Virus record (IMG/VR): IMGVR_UViG_3300017911_001939
Coordinates: 59,210 to 123,209 of that record
Direction: 5' to 3' (one strand)
DNA: 64,000 bases
Origin: a virus
Taxonomy: Duplodnaviria > Caudoviricetes
Shown here: positions 29,153 through 39,723 of the stretch, piece by piece
Position numbering within the stretch: position 1 is the stretch's first letter
How the letters are laid out: each line of letters begins with the position of its first letter
Notes under the pieces: generated by a model
The model's database searches: none
Seen by the model: only the letters and a program-made list of their open reading frames with translations
Told to the model about the DNA's origin: nothing
Made by a program: the position numbers and the translations under genes

Positions 29153-30169
29153 ATGGCCAACAGAGTACCACTCGTTGTAGCAAATCAAAAGATGCGGGAA
29201 ATCGCCGACGGGGATACTCTTGACCTAACAGGCAATCCGCTTATCGTTGGTGGTGATCTTACACCATCTGTCGATTCCGCATACGATCTTGGTAGCTCAT
29301 CAAAGAAATGGAAAGACCTGCATCTTTCAGGTTCTACAATCCATTTGGGCAATATTCTTCTGCAAGATAGCGGAGGAAAATTTGTTACGCGTGATTCTGC
29401 AAATGGTCCAGTTACATCATTCCAACTTTCAAATAATACCACAGACGATGTAGCAGAAGGTTCATCCAATCTTTATCATACAACAGCGAGAGCAAGAAAT
29501 GCTATCAACGTTGTAGATGCTGGTGGAGATGGTTCATTCGCATATGACTCTTCGCTTGGTAAGTTAACTTATACTGGGCCTTCGGCTTCTGAAGTAAGAG
29601 CACACTTCACGGGTGGTTCTGGTATTGGTATCACTAACGGTACTATTGATCTCGATTCTGATCTTACAGTTACTGGTAACTTAATCGTTACACAGAACCT
29701 GACTGTTCAAGGTACAGAAACTATTATTAATTCAACGACTCTTTCGGTTAATGATAAGACAATTATTTTGGCAGATAGTGCGGCTGACTCAGCTGCTGCA
29801 AGTGGAGCTGGTATCGAGGTGTATGCAGCTGGTGCTTCTATCACATACGATCATTCAAATGTAGAATGGGATATTAATCGTAAGATTAATGTACGTGGTA
29901 CTACTGTGGATGATGGTGGTATTCAAATTAAAACAACTACAGGTTCTGTTGCATATGTAGATTTATTCTGTGAATCAGGTAACTCTCATAGAGTACGGGT
30001 TAAATCACCTACACATTCACAATATTCTGGAAATATTGATGTTATTCTTCCTGCAGAAGCGGGTACATTGGCTACAGTTGGTAATGATTCGACTGATCGC
30101 TTACTTATTAAAGATTCAAGTGGTTCAACAATTAAAACAATTCAAGGCGTCGGTAACTCGGCATTATAA
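29153..30169 (+). CDS. Fibre-like virion protein upstream of gp13 (partial paralog of 4715..6376)
   Basis: YDLGSSSKKWKDLHLSG; EGSSNLY; LSVNDK.I.LADSAADSAA..GAGIEV shared with 4715 gene. Confidence 0.7.
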   Translation: MANRVPLVVANQKMREIADGDTLDLTGNPLIVGGDLTPSVDSAYDLGSSSKKWKDLHLSGSTIHLGNILLQDSGGKFVTRDSANGPVTSFQLSNNTTDDVAEGSSNLYHTTARARNAINVVDAGGDGSFAYDSSLGKLTYTGPSASEVRAHFTGGSGIGITNGTIDLDSDLTVTGNLIVTQNLTVQGTETIINSTTLSVNDKTIILADSAADSAAASGAGIEVYAAGASITYDHSNVEWDINRKINVRGTTVDDGGIQIKTTTGSVAYVDLFCESGNSHRVRVKSPTHSQYSGNIDVILPAEAGTLATVGNDSTDRLLIKDSSGSTIKTIQGVGNSAL

Positions 30170-30172
30170 TAG

Positions 30173-30928
30173 ATGGCAAATCCTAATTCAAGAGCTACAT
30201 TGATCGATTATTGCAAGCGCCGTTTAGGTGATCCTGTAATTGAGATTAATGTAGACGAAGACCAAATCGAAGATCGCATTGACGAAGCGATTCAGTATTA
30301 CCAAGAGTTTCATTCTGATGCGACTCGTCGTGGTTATCTGAAGCATCAGTTGACAGCGACAGATATTGCGAACGAGTATATTACTCTTTCGACAGATATT
30401 CAATTTGTCTCGAGGATTTTTAGATTTAACTCATCATTTGCCCAAACAGGTAACATGTTTGATATCAAATATCAAATGGCTCTTAACGATATTTGGGACA
30501 TGACTAAGTTTGCGGGCGATTTGGCATATTACGATCAGTTGCAACAATACTTATCGACTCTCGATATGAAATTAAATGGTCAACCAATTGTTGACTTTAC
30601 GCGTAAACAAAATAGACTCTATATTCACGGTAATATTCCAGACAAAGATGTCGCAGTAGACGAATATGTCATCTTAGAGATCTATGAAACGATTGATCCC
30701 GATACGTTTACTTCGATTTACAATGACATGTGGCTAAAACAGTATGCGACTTCACTGATTAAACTGCAGTGGGGCATGAACTTGATCAAGTTTGAGGGTA
30801 TGCAATTACCAGGAGGAGTCATTATTAACGGCAGACAGATCTATGATGATGCTCAGGCAGAGATACAAGAATTGCAGGAGAAGATTCGTATAGAGCACGA
30901 GATGCCCGCAGACTTTTTTGTAGGATGA
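30173..30928 (+). CDS. gp13: Neck protein gp13
   Basis: YC.RRLG.PVIEINVD.DQ.EDRIDEA; QWGMNLIKFEGMQLPGG. Confidence 0.93.
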   Translation: MANPNSRATLIDYCKRRLGDPVIEINVDEDQIEDRIDEAIQYYQEFHSDATRRGYLKHQLTATDIANEYITLSTDIQFVSRIFRFNSSFAQTGNMFDIKYQMALNDIWDMTKFAGDLAYYDQLQQYLSTLDMKLNGQPIVDFTRKQNRLYIHGNIPDKDVAVDEYVILEIYETIDPDTFTSIYNDMWLKQYATSLIKLQWGMNLIKFEGMQLPGGVIINGRQIYDDAQAEIQELQEKIRIEHEMPADFFVG

Positions 30929-30929
30929 T

Positions 30930-31523
30930 ATGGCTAGAAATATTTACTTCACCGACAAATTCAAAGGTGAGACAGAATTATATGAAAACATAGTCATAGA
31001 ATCACTCAAGATCTATGGTCAAGATGTTTATTACATTCCACGAGACATCGTAAACGAAGATAAAATCTTCGGCGATGATATCGAGTCGTCTTTTAATTCC
31101 TCATATAAAGTAGAAATGTACCTCGACAACATTGAAGGTTTTGAGGGCGAAGGAGATTTGTTCACTCGTTTTGGCGTAGAGATTCGAGACGAATGCACAT
31201 TTGTAGTTGCGCGGCGTAGATGGTCGCAGACGGTATCACGCTATGATAATGATATTAACAGTGATAGACCTCGTGAAGGTGACTTAGTCTATCTTCCGCT
31301 ATCTAATTCGCTTTTCCAAATTACACACGTTGAACATGAGGCACCTTTCTATCAGGTATCAAACCTCAATGTGTATAAACTACGTGCACAATTATTCGAA
31401 TATACTGGCGAAGATCTCGATACGGGCGTAGAAGCTATCGATGATATCGAAGTAGATTACGCGCATCAATATAAAGTTAAGGTCGCTGCACCGAAGACAG
31501 CGAAAGGCACGGCGGTATTGTAA
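30930..31523 (+). CDS. gp14: Neck protein gp14, N-terminal part
   Basis: ESLKIYGQDVYYIPR; FGVEIRDE; RPREGDLVY; HEAPFYQ. Confidence 0.9.
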   Translation: MARNIYFTDKFKGETELYENIVIESLKIYGQDVYYIPRDIVNEDKIFGDDIESSFNSSYKVEMYLDNIEGFEGEGDLFTRFGVEIRDECTFVVARRRWSQTVSRYDNDINSDRPREGDLVYLPLSNSLFQITHVEHEAPFYQVSNLNVYKLRAQLFEYTGEDLDTGVEAIDDIEVDYAHQYKVKVAAPKTAKGTAVL

Positions 31524-32731
31524 TGGCACAGATCAAGCATTTAACAGATATTACACTTACCGATTCTGGCCTTATGTACAGTCAGGCACCAACAGTTACA
31601 TTTACTGGTGGTTTTGCTGATTCGTCTGATCATATTAAGTTTGGTAATAACTCGCTTGATATGGCGGCTAATCATTATATCTACGAATTAGATAGTGGTG
31701 AGGCATCAAGCCCGGATGGATTCTTTGCATTCTGGTTGTGGGTTGATAGTGATGCACTACCTGATTCTGCTGGTTCAAATCTAAAACCACTTGTAGAATT
31801 TGGCGATGGTCCAAACCTTAATCGTAGGCGACTTGGCGTTGATAATTTGGGTAGATTAAAGTCTACATTAAAATATGCAAATGCTAATTCATTCTTTACC
31901 TGGGAAAACCAAGGTTCATATGGACGTATTACAGAAAATCAATGGAACCATGTAATCTTTGGATTTAGTGGTGCTGATCAAGGCCCGGGAACAAGAAGGG
32001 CAGAGATTGCCATTAATGGTATTAGAACATATTACACAAATTCAACAGCATTCTCTGGAATGTTTGGAGAATCTGGCACTGTATTCGGTTCTCTTAATCA
32101 GGGTGCATATGGAATTGGTGATGTAGTATTTGACTCACCAACTGGCATGTATATGGATAATCTGTATCTTGACAGTGACGATGCAACATTTACACTTAGC
32201 ACAGAAATTGCTGCGCTATACACTAATGATTCTGGCGGAGGTAACTGGTTTAGTAATTCGCTTACAAAACATATGACCTTTGATAATGATTCTGCTGAGG
32301 TATCAACTACAATCGATTCTGACGGTAAAGTATCTAGTATCACAGTCACAAATGGTGGTAATTATATTAGCGCGCCAACAGTAGCATTTACAACAGTACC
32401 CGCATCTGATGTCAGACAAGGCGATAGCGCATCTCAAGTATTATCTTCAGGTGTTATTGTAAGGGGTGAAGTACTCAAGTATTCTGACTCTGACGGCATT
32501 ATCCATATTGGTCATGTTGGTGCAGATGATGGAAAATATCATGACTTCCAAACAGGAAGAACAATTACATTCGGTGGTTTAGATCGTACATATTATAGAG
32601 AAGTTGTATTTGTAGGTGATTCAGATCTTAAGTTATCAGAGAACGAACAGAATAGAGACTTTAGCTCTATCTCTGATGACTTCCTTGACTTTACCGAAGA
32701 TAATCCATTTGGTGAAGTGGAGAATAATTAA
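31523..32731 (+). CDS. gp14 C-terminal part with inserted LamG/concanavalin-like domain
   Basis: FAFWLW...NQWNHV...YMDNL LamG-like pattern between APTV.F repeats; ends DFLDFTEDNPFGE, the typical gp14 C-terminus. Confidence 0.7.
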   Translation: MAQIKHLTDITLTDSGLMYSQAPTVTFTGGFADSSDHIKFGNNSLDMAANHYIYELDSGEASSPDGFFAFWLWVDSDALPDSAGSNLKPLVEFGDGPNLNRRRLGVDNLGRLKSTLKYANANSFFTWENQGSYGRITENQWNHVIFGFSGADQGPGTRRAEIAINGIRTYYTNSTAFSGMFGESGTVFGSLNQGAYGIGDVVFDSPTGMYMDNLYLDSDDATFTLSTEIAALYTNDSGGGNWFSNSLTKHMTFDNDSAEVSTTIDSDGKVSSITVTNGGNYISAPTVAFTTVPASDVRQGDSASQVLSSGVIVRGEVLKYSDSDGIIHIGHVGADDGKYHDFQTGRTITFGGLDRTYYREVVFVGDSDLKLSENEQNRDFSSISDDFLDFTEDNPFGEVENN

Positions 32732-33525
32732 TGTTTGGTACACACTTTTACCACGAAAAGACTAGAAAATGCGTAGCAGCATTCGGACGGCTGTTTAACA
32801 ACATTTATGTTGTTCGTAAAACCAACAGCGGCACAGGTTTGTCTCAACTCAAAGTTCCTTTGTCTTATGCTCCTAAAGCAAAATACTTAGATCGTATTCG
32901 AGAAAACCCAGACCTTGACACAGATACAAAAGTTGCACTAAAGTTACCTCGTATGTCGTTCGAGATTACGAGCATTAATTACGATACGACTCGACAACTT
33001 TCTAAACTTAATAGCGTGCAAGGTTCAAATAGTAATACTGCACGTAATAAGTTGTTTACTGGTGTCCCATATGTTTTAGGATTCCAGTTAAACATTTATG
33101 CAAAATCTCAAGATGATGCTTTACAAATTATGGAGCAAATCTTACCAACTTTTAATCCACAATATACACTTACAATGTTGCCATTGAAAGCTGACTATCC
33201 TACATTTAAGGAAGATATTCCTATTAGTATCGCGGGTGTAGGGTTTACAGATGATTTCGATGGCGAGTTAGCAGCACGAAGAACGATTGTTTATACTATC
33301 GACTTCGAAATGAGAATTCAATATCATAGCGGAATCAGTAGTTCTTCTATTATTCGCCAATCAAATGCACGCATCTTCGACCAAGGTGGAGGCGTGAGCG
33401 GCGATTCAGATACAAGACTTGAAACAATTCAGGTAAATCCTGATCCGTTAACAACTATAGGACTAGCAGACAGTGACTTCGGATTCACAACAACCATCTT
33501 CGACGCAGATTCAGACTACAGATAA
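32731..33525 (+). CDS. gp15: Tail terminator / sheath stabiliser gp15
   Basis: FG.LFNNI; KVPLSYAPK; LPRMSFEI; QI.EQILP.FNP. Confidence 0.93.
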   Translation: MFGTHFYHEKTRKCVAAFGRLFNNIYVVRKTNSGTGLSQLKVPLSYAPKAKYLDRIRENPDLDTDTKVALKLPRMSFEITSINYDTTRQLSKLNSVQGSNSNTARNKLFTGVPYVLGFQLNIYAKSQDDALQIMEQILPTFNPQYTLTMLPLKADYPTFKEDIPISIAGVGFTDDFDGELAARRTIVYTIDFEMRIQYHSGISSSSIIRQSNARIFDQGGGVSGDSDTRLETIQVNPDPLTTIGLADSDFGFTTTIFDADSDYR

Positions 33526-33856
33526 CGACTACGATTATAGTCGTGAGACGTACTATGAGTTGATCGAAAAGGGCAAAGATGCACTCGAGGACATGATTAA
33601 CGTGGCTCGAGAGTCTGAGCATCCACGTGCATTCGAAGTATTGTCCGGTATGATTAAGAATATTTCAGACGTCAATGATAGATTGATGGATCTGAATAAA
33701 AAGAAAAAAGAACTTGATCGTAAAGATGAAACAGTAAAACAGATCGAGAACCAACAAAATAATTTTTATCTTAGTACTTCTGAATTACAAAAGATGATGG
33801 CACAAGGCGAAGTAGTTGATGCAGATCCAGACCCAAAGTTACTTAGGGAATCCTAA
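33473..33856 (+). CDS. gp16: Terminase small subunit gp16
   Basis: DYDYSR.TYY.LIEKG; SEHPRAFEV; STSELQK. Confidence 0.9.
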   Translation: MTSDSQQPSSTQIQTTDNDYDYSRETYYELIEKGKDALEDMINVARESEHPRAFEVLSGMIKNISDVNDRLMDLNKKKKELDRKDETVKQIENQQNNFYLSTSELQKMMAQGEVVDADPDPKLLRES

Positions 33857-35405
33857 TGTCAAGAGAGACGGTGTTCAAGAATCGTGGACTCCTGAAAAAG
33901 TTCAGGAGTACAAAAAATGCATGCTGGACCCCGTGTATTTCGCAGAGAAATATGTTAAAGTTATATCTCTTGACTCTGGTCTGGTAGATTTTAAGTTATA
34001 TCCCTATCAAAGGGAAATGTTTAAACACTTTAACGAAAACCGGTTCAATGTCGTTCTCGCATGTCGTCAATCTGGCAAGTCAATATCTGCCTGCGCCTAC
34101 CTCTTATGGTTCGCGTTATTCAATCCTGAAAAGACAGTTGCGATTCTTGCAAACAAAGGTGCAACTGCGAGAGAAATGCTCTCTCGTATTACACTCATGC
34201 TTGAGAACATTCCGTTCTTCCTTCAACCAGGTGCTAAGGCTCTCAATAAAGGTAGTATTGAGTTTGGCAATAATAGTCGTATTCTCGCCGCTGCTACTAG
34301 CGGGTCTTCTATCCGTGGTCTCTCTGTTAACTTACTTTATCTAGACGAGTTTGCCTTCGTTGAGCGTGCAGCCGAGTTCTACACCTCGACATATCCTGTG
34401 GTATCTGCAGGTAAGGACACAAAAATTATTATTACCTCTACTGCAAATGGCATTGGTAATATGTTCTATAAAATTTGGGAAGGTGCAGTACAAGAAGTAA
34501 ACGAGTTTAAATCATTTCGTGTTGATTGGTGGGATGTACCAGGTCGAGACGAAGAATGGAAGAAACAAACGATTGGCAATACAAGCCAACTACAGTTTGA
34601 TCAGGAATTTGGTAATACATTCTTTGGTACAGGTGATACGCTTATCAATGCAGAAACATTGATGTCACTAAAGGCCAAACAACCGGAAACTGCCCTCGAG
34701 GGTGGGGATCTATTAGTATATGAGAAAGTAGAAAAAGGCCACGAATATGTGATGTGTGTAGATGTGGCGAAGGGAAGAGGACAGGACTATTCAACTTTTA
34801 ATTTGATCGATATTAGCGTTCGCCCGTTTAGACAGGTTGCTGTATATCGCAATAACACTATTTCTCCAATACTCTTCCCGAATATTATCTATAAATATGC
34901 GAAAGTCTACAATGAGGCATATATCGTTGTAGAATCAAATGATCAAGGAAGCGTCGTGTGTAATGGATTATATCATGATTTTGAATACGAGAATTTGCAT
35001 GCAGAATCTACTGTAAGAGCAAATGATCTAGGTATCAATATGAATCGTAAAGTTAAGAGACTCGGTTGTTCAGCTATCAAAGATATTCTCGAGACTCAGA
35101 AACTAAAGATTGTTGACGAAAATACGATTCTTGAGTGTAGTACATTTGAAGCCAAAGGACAATCATATGAGGCATCTGACGGTAACCACGATGACCTTAT
35201 GATGAATTTAGTTTTATTTGGTTATTTTGTATCTACATCGTATTTTGGAGATATGACTGATATTGACGTAAAGAAAATGCTATTTGACCAAAAGATGAAA
35301 GAAATCGAAGATGATGTTGTGCCATTCGGATTCATCGATGACGCAAGTGACTATGTACCAGAAGATGAAAAACCTGATTGGTACGTCGAATACGATATAA
35401 ATTAA
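33816..35405 (+). CDS. gp17: Terminase large subunit gp17
   Basis: YLGNPN; RQSGKS Walker A; LYLDEFAF Walker B; STANG; DVAKGRGQDYS; HDDLMM. Confidence 0.97.
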   Translation: MMQIQTQSYLGNPNVKRDGVQESWTPEKVQEYKKCMLDPVYFAEKYVKVISLDSGLVDFKLYPYQREMFKHFNENRFNVVLACRQSGKSISACAYLLWFALFNPEKTVAILANKGATAREMLSRITLMLENIPFFLQPGAKALNKGSIEFGNNSRILAAATSGSSIRGLSVNLLYLDEFAFVERAAEFYTSTYPVVSAGKDTKIIITSTANGIGNMFYKIWEGAVQEVNEFKSFRVDWWDVPGRDEEWKKQTIGNTSQLQFDQEFGNTFFGTGDTLINAETLMSLKAKQPETALEGGDLLVYEKVEKGHEYVMCVDVAKGRGQDYSTFNLIDISVRPFRQVAVYRNNTISPILFPNIIYKYAKVYNEAYIVVESNDQGSVVCNGLYHDFEYENLHAESTVRANDLGINMNRKVKRLGCSAIKDILETQKLKIVDENTILECSTFEAKGQSYEASDGNHDDLMMNLVLFGYFVSTSYFGDMTDIDVKKMLFDQKMKEIEDDVVPFGFIDDASDYVPEDEKPDWYVEYDIN

Positions 35406-35411
35406 AAAAAT

Positions 35412-35419
35412 TATAAATA
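35412..35419 (+). promoter_or_regulatory. T4-type late promoter
   Basis: TATAAATA upstream of gp18. Confidence 0.8.
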
Positions 35420-35479
35420 GTTACGATAGTTGAATAACCGTATTATGAGTCATATAATTTTTAACCGAAGAGGAAAGCA

Positions 35480-37240
35480 ATGGCACTTTTTACTCCATCA
35501 CAATCTCCTGCGGTAGTAGTCAAAGAAGTAGATCTGACAGGCGGCGTGCCTAATGTACAGTCTACTACTGGTGCTATTGTAGGTAATTACCGGTGGGGTC
35601 CTGTAGATGAGAGAACACTCATCACAAATGAAGCAGGTCTTATCGAGACTTTTGCTACACCGGACACCACTAATAACATCGATTTCATGAATGCTGCGAT
35701 GTTCCTGCAGTATTCTAACTCTCTACAAGTTGTTCGCGGGAATAACGGCGGAACAAACTCGACTGCAAATATCGGTCAAACTAGCAGCTACAATCCTGCT
35801 AATTATACTGATCCTGTAGTCAAGAACAAATCAAATTTCGATACTCAATTGGCTGCTCTCGACTCTGACGAGCACACGTTTGTAGCGAGATTCCCTGGCG
35901 ATCTTGGTAACTCATTAAGAGTTTCAATTTGCCCGAAATCAACTGACGACTCTGCATTTGATAACTGGGTTTATAAATCTAGCTTTGACGGTGCACCAAG
36001 CGAATCATTTTACGATTCAAATCGTGACGGTTCTGCTACAGAAGTACACGTCGCAGTTGTCGATAAAAACGGCAAATTCTCTGGAACAAAAGGTACAGTT
36101 CTTGAAACATATCCATATGTCTCACTGGCCTCTAACTCAAAGAACTCAAACGGTTCTACAGCGTTCGTTAAAGACATTATTAACGGTCGTTCAGAATACG
36201 TTTATCTTGTTGGATTCGACTCTGACTTTAACGCTGGTAACGCTGGTACAGATCTTACACCTGGCACAGCAAAATCATATGCGACTGCAGACGCTGCAGT
36301 AGTTAACTATGATTTTGACTCAGGCGCAAATTCATCTGCACTGACTCAAGGCATTTTCCAGACAGCATACGATTTGTTCGATGATAAAGAACAAGTTGAA
36401 GTAGACTTCCTTATTGCACCAGGTCTTAATGACTCTGCAGATCAAAAGAGCATGGTTAATAGCTTGATTGGTGCGGCAGTTACTCGTAAAGACTGTATGG
36501 TTGTTGCTTCACCACACCGTGACGCAATTGTTGGTCAGACTAACGAAGCTACAATTACAACAAACATTACAGGCTATGCTAATACACTGCTTCAGTCTTC
36601 TTACCTCGTCAACGATGGTAACTACCTGAAAGTTTACGATAAGCATAACGATCAATTCATCGAGATTCCTGCGGCATCTTCAACTGCTGGTATTATGGCG
36701 CTGACAGATAGAGATGCAGCTCCTTGGTTCTCACCTGCAGGCGTACGCCGTGGTCAATATCTTGGTGTGACATCGCTGAGCTACAACCCTGGTAAAAACA
36801 ACAGAGATGCTCTATACAAGGCTGCTGTTAACCCAATCGTTAACACACCTGGTCAAGGTATTGTACTCTTCGGTGATAAGACTGGTCTCACAAGACCTAC
36901 AGCTTTTGATCGCATTAACGTACGCCGCTTGTTCATCGTCCTCGAAAGAGCAATTGCAAGAGCGGCCGAAAACGTTCTGTTCGAATTCAACGATGAATTT
37001 ACAAGAGCAGAATTTGTTAACGTTATCGAGCCTGTACTGAGAGACATCAAAGGCAGACGCGGTATCACAGACTTCCGTATTGTTGCTGATGAAACAGTCA
37101 ATACTCCGGCAGTTGTAGATCGCAACGAGTTCATCGCTAATATCTTCATCAAGCCTGCACGTTCAATCAACTACGTAACACTGAATTTCGTAGCTGTAAG
37201 AACAGGTGTAGACTTCGAAGAAGTTACTGGCACAGTTTAA
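35480..37240 (+). CDS. gp18: Tail sheath protein gp18
   Basis: SPAVVVKEVDLT; WFSPAG..RG; FDRINVRRLF; FEFNDEFTR; IKPARSINY. Confidence 0.97.
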   Translation: MALFTPSQSPAVVVKEVDLTGGVPNVQSTTGAIVGNYRWGPVDERTLITNEAGLIETFATPDTTNNIDFMNAAMFLQYSNSLQVVRGNNGGTNSTANIGQTSSYNPANYTDPVVKNKSNFDTQLAALDSDEHTFVARFPGDLGNSLRVSICPKSTDDSAFDNWVYKSSFDGAPSESFYDSNRDGSATEVHVAVVDKNGKFSGTKGTVLETYPYVSLASNSKNSNGSTAFVKDIINGRSEYVYLVGFDSDFNAGNAGTDLTPGTAKSYATADAAVVNYDFDSGANSSALTQGIFQTAYDLFDDKEQVEVDFLIAPGLNDSADQKSMVNSLIGAAVTRKDCMVVASPHRDAIVGQTNEATITTNITGYANTLLQSSYLVNDGNYLKVYDKHNDQFIEIPAASSTAGIMALTDRDAAPWFSPAGVRRGQYLGVTSLSYNPGKNNRDALYKAAVNPIVNTPGQGIVLFGDKTGLTRPTAFDRINVRRLFIVLERAIARAAENVLFEFNDEFTRAEFVNVIEPVLRDIKGRRGITDFRIVADETVNTPAVVDRNEFIANIFIKPARSINYVTLNFVAVRTGVDFEEVTGTV

Positions 37241-37251
37241 GGAGGTAAGAA

Positions 37252-37791
37252 ATGGCACTTGGTAGCGTAGACCAATTTAAAGCAAGACTTGCCGGTGGCG
37301 GCGCACGTGCTAACCTGTTTCAGGTTACTCTTGCCAATCCACGCGGTGGTCTTGGTGTTGACCTCGACATCGACTTCTCATCATTTATGTGTGAAGCAGC
37401 TCAATTACCTGCATCAACAGTTGGTACGATTACGATCCCGTTTCGTGGTCGTCAGCTGAAGGTTGCTGGTGATAGAACATTCGATGTGTGGACAGTCACT
37501 GTTATCAACGATACTGGCTTTAAGATCCGTGATGAAATGGAAAAATGGATGAATGCAATTGCTAACCATGCTGATGCTGGTGGCGTGCAGAATCCTGAAC
37601 TCTATTTTGCAGATCTTCAAGTGCAACAGTTCGATAGAGACGAAAGTGTAATTAAGACATACACATTTAAAGATGCATGGCCATCTGACGTTTCAGCAAT
37701 CGATCTGAGCTATGGCGATACAGATACAATCGAAAGATTTACTGTAACGTGGCAGTATCAGTATTGGACATCTAATACGACCGATAGCTAA
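37252..37791 (+). CDS. gp19: Tail tube protein gp19
   Basis: GGARANLF; FRGRQLKVAGDRTFD.WTVTVIND. Confidence 0.96.
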   Translation: MALGSVDQFKARLAGGGARANLFQVTLANPRGGLGVDLDIDFSSFMCEAAQLPASTVGTITIPFRGRQLKVAGDRTFDVWTVTVINDTGFKIRDEMEKWMNAIANHADAGGVQNPELYFADLQVQQFDRDESVIKTYTFKDAWPSDVSAIDLSYGDTDTIERFTVTWQYQYWTSNTTDS

Positions 37792-37793
37792 GA

Positions 37794-37829
37794 TATACAT
37801 AGAAGGAGTGGCTGATTATGGCCACTCCT
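37794..37829 (+). promoter_or_regulatory. Late-promoter variant plus leader hairpin before gp20
   Basis: TATACATA at 37794; AGGAGTGGC-N8-GCCACTCCT hairpin at 37804-37829. Confidence 0.5.
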
Positions 37830-37843
37830 ATAAGGATTAAGAG

Positions 37844-39358
37844 ATGGCTGAAGACAATAGCAAAGGTATCCGTTTATTCGGATTTGAAATTAAGAGATCG
37901 AAGGAAGAAGACGCGAAGAAAAAACCGTCTATCGTTCCTGCTCGTGATGATGATGGCGCAGGCTATGTAACGGCTGCGGGTACCCACTATGGTCAGTACA
38001 TCAACCTCGACGGCGATGATGCAAAAGACAACTATCAGTTGATCATGAAGTATCGCGGCGTCAGCATGCATCCAGAAGTTGACGCCGCTATCGAGGATAT
38101 CGTCAATGAGTCTATTGCTGGCAGCGAAACAGAGCAATCTGTTGACGTTAGAATGGATAACTTAAAGCAAAGTGATGCCATTAAAAAGCAAATCAAAGAA
38201 GAGTTCGATAATATTATTAGTATGTTGAACTTTAATGAAAATGGACACGATATCTTCAGGCGCTGGTATGTTGATGGTAGACTATATCATCATCTCGTAG
38301 TCGATGAGAATAACTTAAAATCTGGTATTCAAGAGATTCGTTTTATTGACGCCTCTAAAATGAGAAAAGTAAAACAAGTCAAGAAAAAGAAAGACGAAGC
38401 AACTGGTGCCAAACTTATTCAAAAGGTAGATGAATACTACATTTACCAAGAAAAACCTGGTAGTGCACATCAAGGCGGTGTAAAAATGAGCCTTGACTCT
38501 GTGAGCTACGTAACATCTGGCCTTCTTGATGAAGGTCGTAAAAAGATTTTATCGTATCTGCATAAGGCACTAAAGCCTATTAACCAGCTACGTATGATGG
38601 AAGACTCATTGGTCATCTATCGTCTAGCTCGTGCTCCAGAACGTCGTATCTTCTATATTGATGTTGGTAACTTACCTCGCGGTAAAGCCGAACAATATAT
38701 GAAAGATATTATGGCGAGATACAGAAATAAACTTGTATATGATGCTAAGACTGGTGAAATTAAAGATGATCGTAAACATCAGTCATTACTTGAAGATTTT
38801 TGGTTACCACGTCGTGAAGGTGGTAGAGGTACTGAAATCTCTACATTACCTGGCGGTGATAACCTTGGACAGATAGACGATATTGTATACTTCCAAAAGA
38901 AATTGTATCGTGCACTGAATGTGCCTATCAATCGTTTGGAACAAGAAGCTCAGTTCTCTCTTGGCAGATCAACAGAGATTAGTAGAGACGAACTAAAGTT
39001 TCAGAAGTTTATCGATCGTTTAAGAACAAGATTCTCAAATCTTTTCTTAGGCATTCTTAAAACTCAGCTTATCCTCAAAGGTATTATTACCGATGAAGAT
39101 TGGGCTGATATGAAAAATGATATTCTTGTTGACTATGTACGAGATAACCACTTTACAGAACTCAAAGATCTTGAAGTCTTAAGAGAAAAGGTGCAGACTC
39201 TCGATATGGTTAACAATTATGTTGGTACATACTTCTCGCGTGAATGGATCATGAAGAACGTACTACACTTCAGTGATGAAGATATTGACAATATGGCAAA
39301 ACAAGCCTCTGATGAAGAGGGCGACATGGAAGGTGACAATGGAAGAGACGCAGAATAA
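37844..39358 (+). CDS. gp20: Portal protein gp20
   Basis: WYVDGR; NQLRMMEDSLVIYRLARAPERRIFYIDVGNLP; EDFWLPRREGGRGTEI. Confidence 0.98.
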   Translation: MAEDNSKGIRLFGFEIKRSKEEDAKKKPSIVPARDDDGAGYVTAAGTHYGQYINLDGDDAKDNYQLIMKYRGVSMHPEVDAAIEDIVNESIAGSETEQSVDVRMDNLKQSDAIKKQIKEEFDNIISMLNFNENGHDIFRRWYVDGRLYHHLVVDENNLKSGIQEIRFIDASKMRKVKQVKKKKDEATGAKLIQKVDEYYIYQEKPGSAHQGGVKMSLDSVSYVTSGLLDEGRKKILSYLHKALKPINQLRMMEDSLVIYRLARAPERRIFYIDVGNLPRGKAEQYMKDIMARYRNKLVYDAKTGEIKDDRKHQSLLEDFWLPRREGGRGTEISTLPGGDNLGQIDDIVYFQKKLYRALNVPINRLEQEAQFSLGRSTEISRDELKFQKFIDRLRTRFSNLFLGILKTQLILKGIITDEDWADMKNDILVDYVRDNHFTELKDLEVLREKVQTLDMVNNYVGTYFSREWIMKNVLHFSDEDIDNMAKQASDEEGDMEGDNGRDAE

Positions 39359-39668
39359 TCCGTTAGAAGATCTTGTGCAACACGCACTTGATCAGGATTT
39401 CAATAAAGCCAATAAGGTATTTGGTGACCTGATGGGAACCAAAATTAATGACCTACTTGACCAGGAGAAAGTCAAGATTGCGGGTCAAATCTATAACGAC
39501 GAAGAACCAGAAGAAGAGGAGGACTTCGATGCAGAAACTGAAGACGATGCTGACGAAGTTGGGGATGATGATCTGGACGGCGCTGAAGTGGACGATGATG
39601 AAGATCTGGACACTGATGAAGAAGCTGTGGAAGATGATGAAGACGATGATGACGAAGATCAAGAATAA
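39339..39668 (+). CDS. Acidic prohead core protein (gp67-like)
   Basis: Directly after gp20; D/E-rich tail. Confidence 0.65.
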   Translation: MEETQNNPLEDLVQHALDQDFNKANKVFGDLMGTKINDLLDQEKVKIAGQIYNDEEPEEEEDFDAETEDDADEVGDDDLDGAEVDDDEDLDTDEEAVEDDEDDDDEDQE

Positions 39669-39697
39669 ATTTTCATCTCAGTAGAAAATAATAAAGT

Positions 39698-39705
39698 TAT
39701 AAATA
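39698..39705 (+). promoter_or_regulatory. T4-type late promoter
   Basis: TATAAATA. Confidence 0.75.
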
Positions 39706-39723
39706 TATACGAAGGACAAGAAT

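Noticed and set aside
34890-34897. TATAAATA inside gp17 (another at 52891 inside gp62)
   Set aside because: May be real internal late promoters, but cannot be told from chance matches in AT-rich coding DNA without TSS data.
39490-39668. GAY/GAR-rich repeat-like tract
   Set aside because: Encodes the acidic tail of a gp67-like protein.
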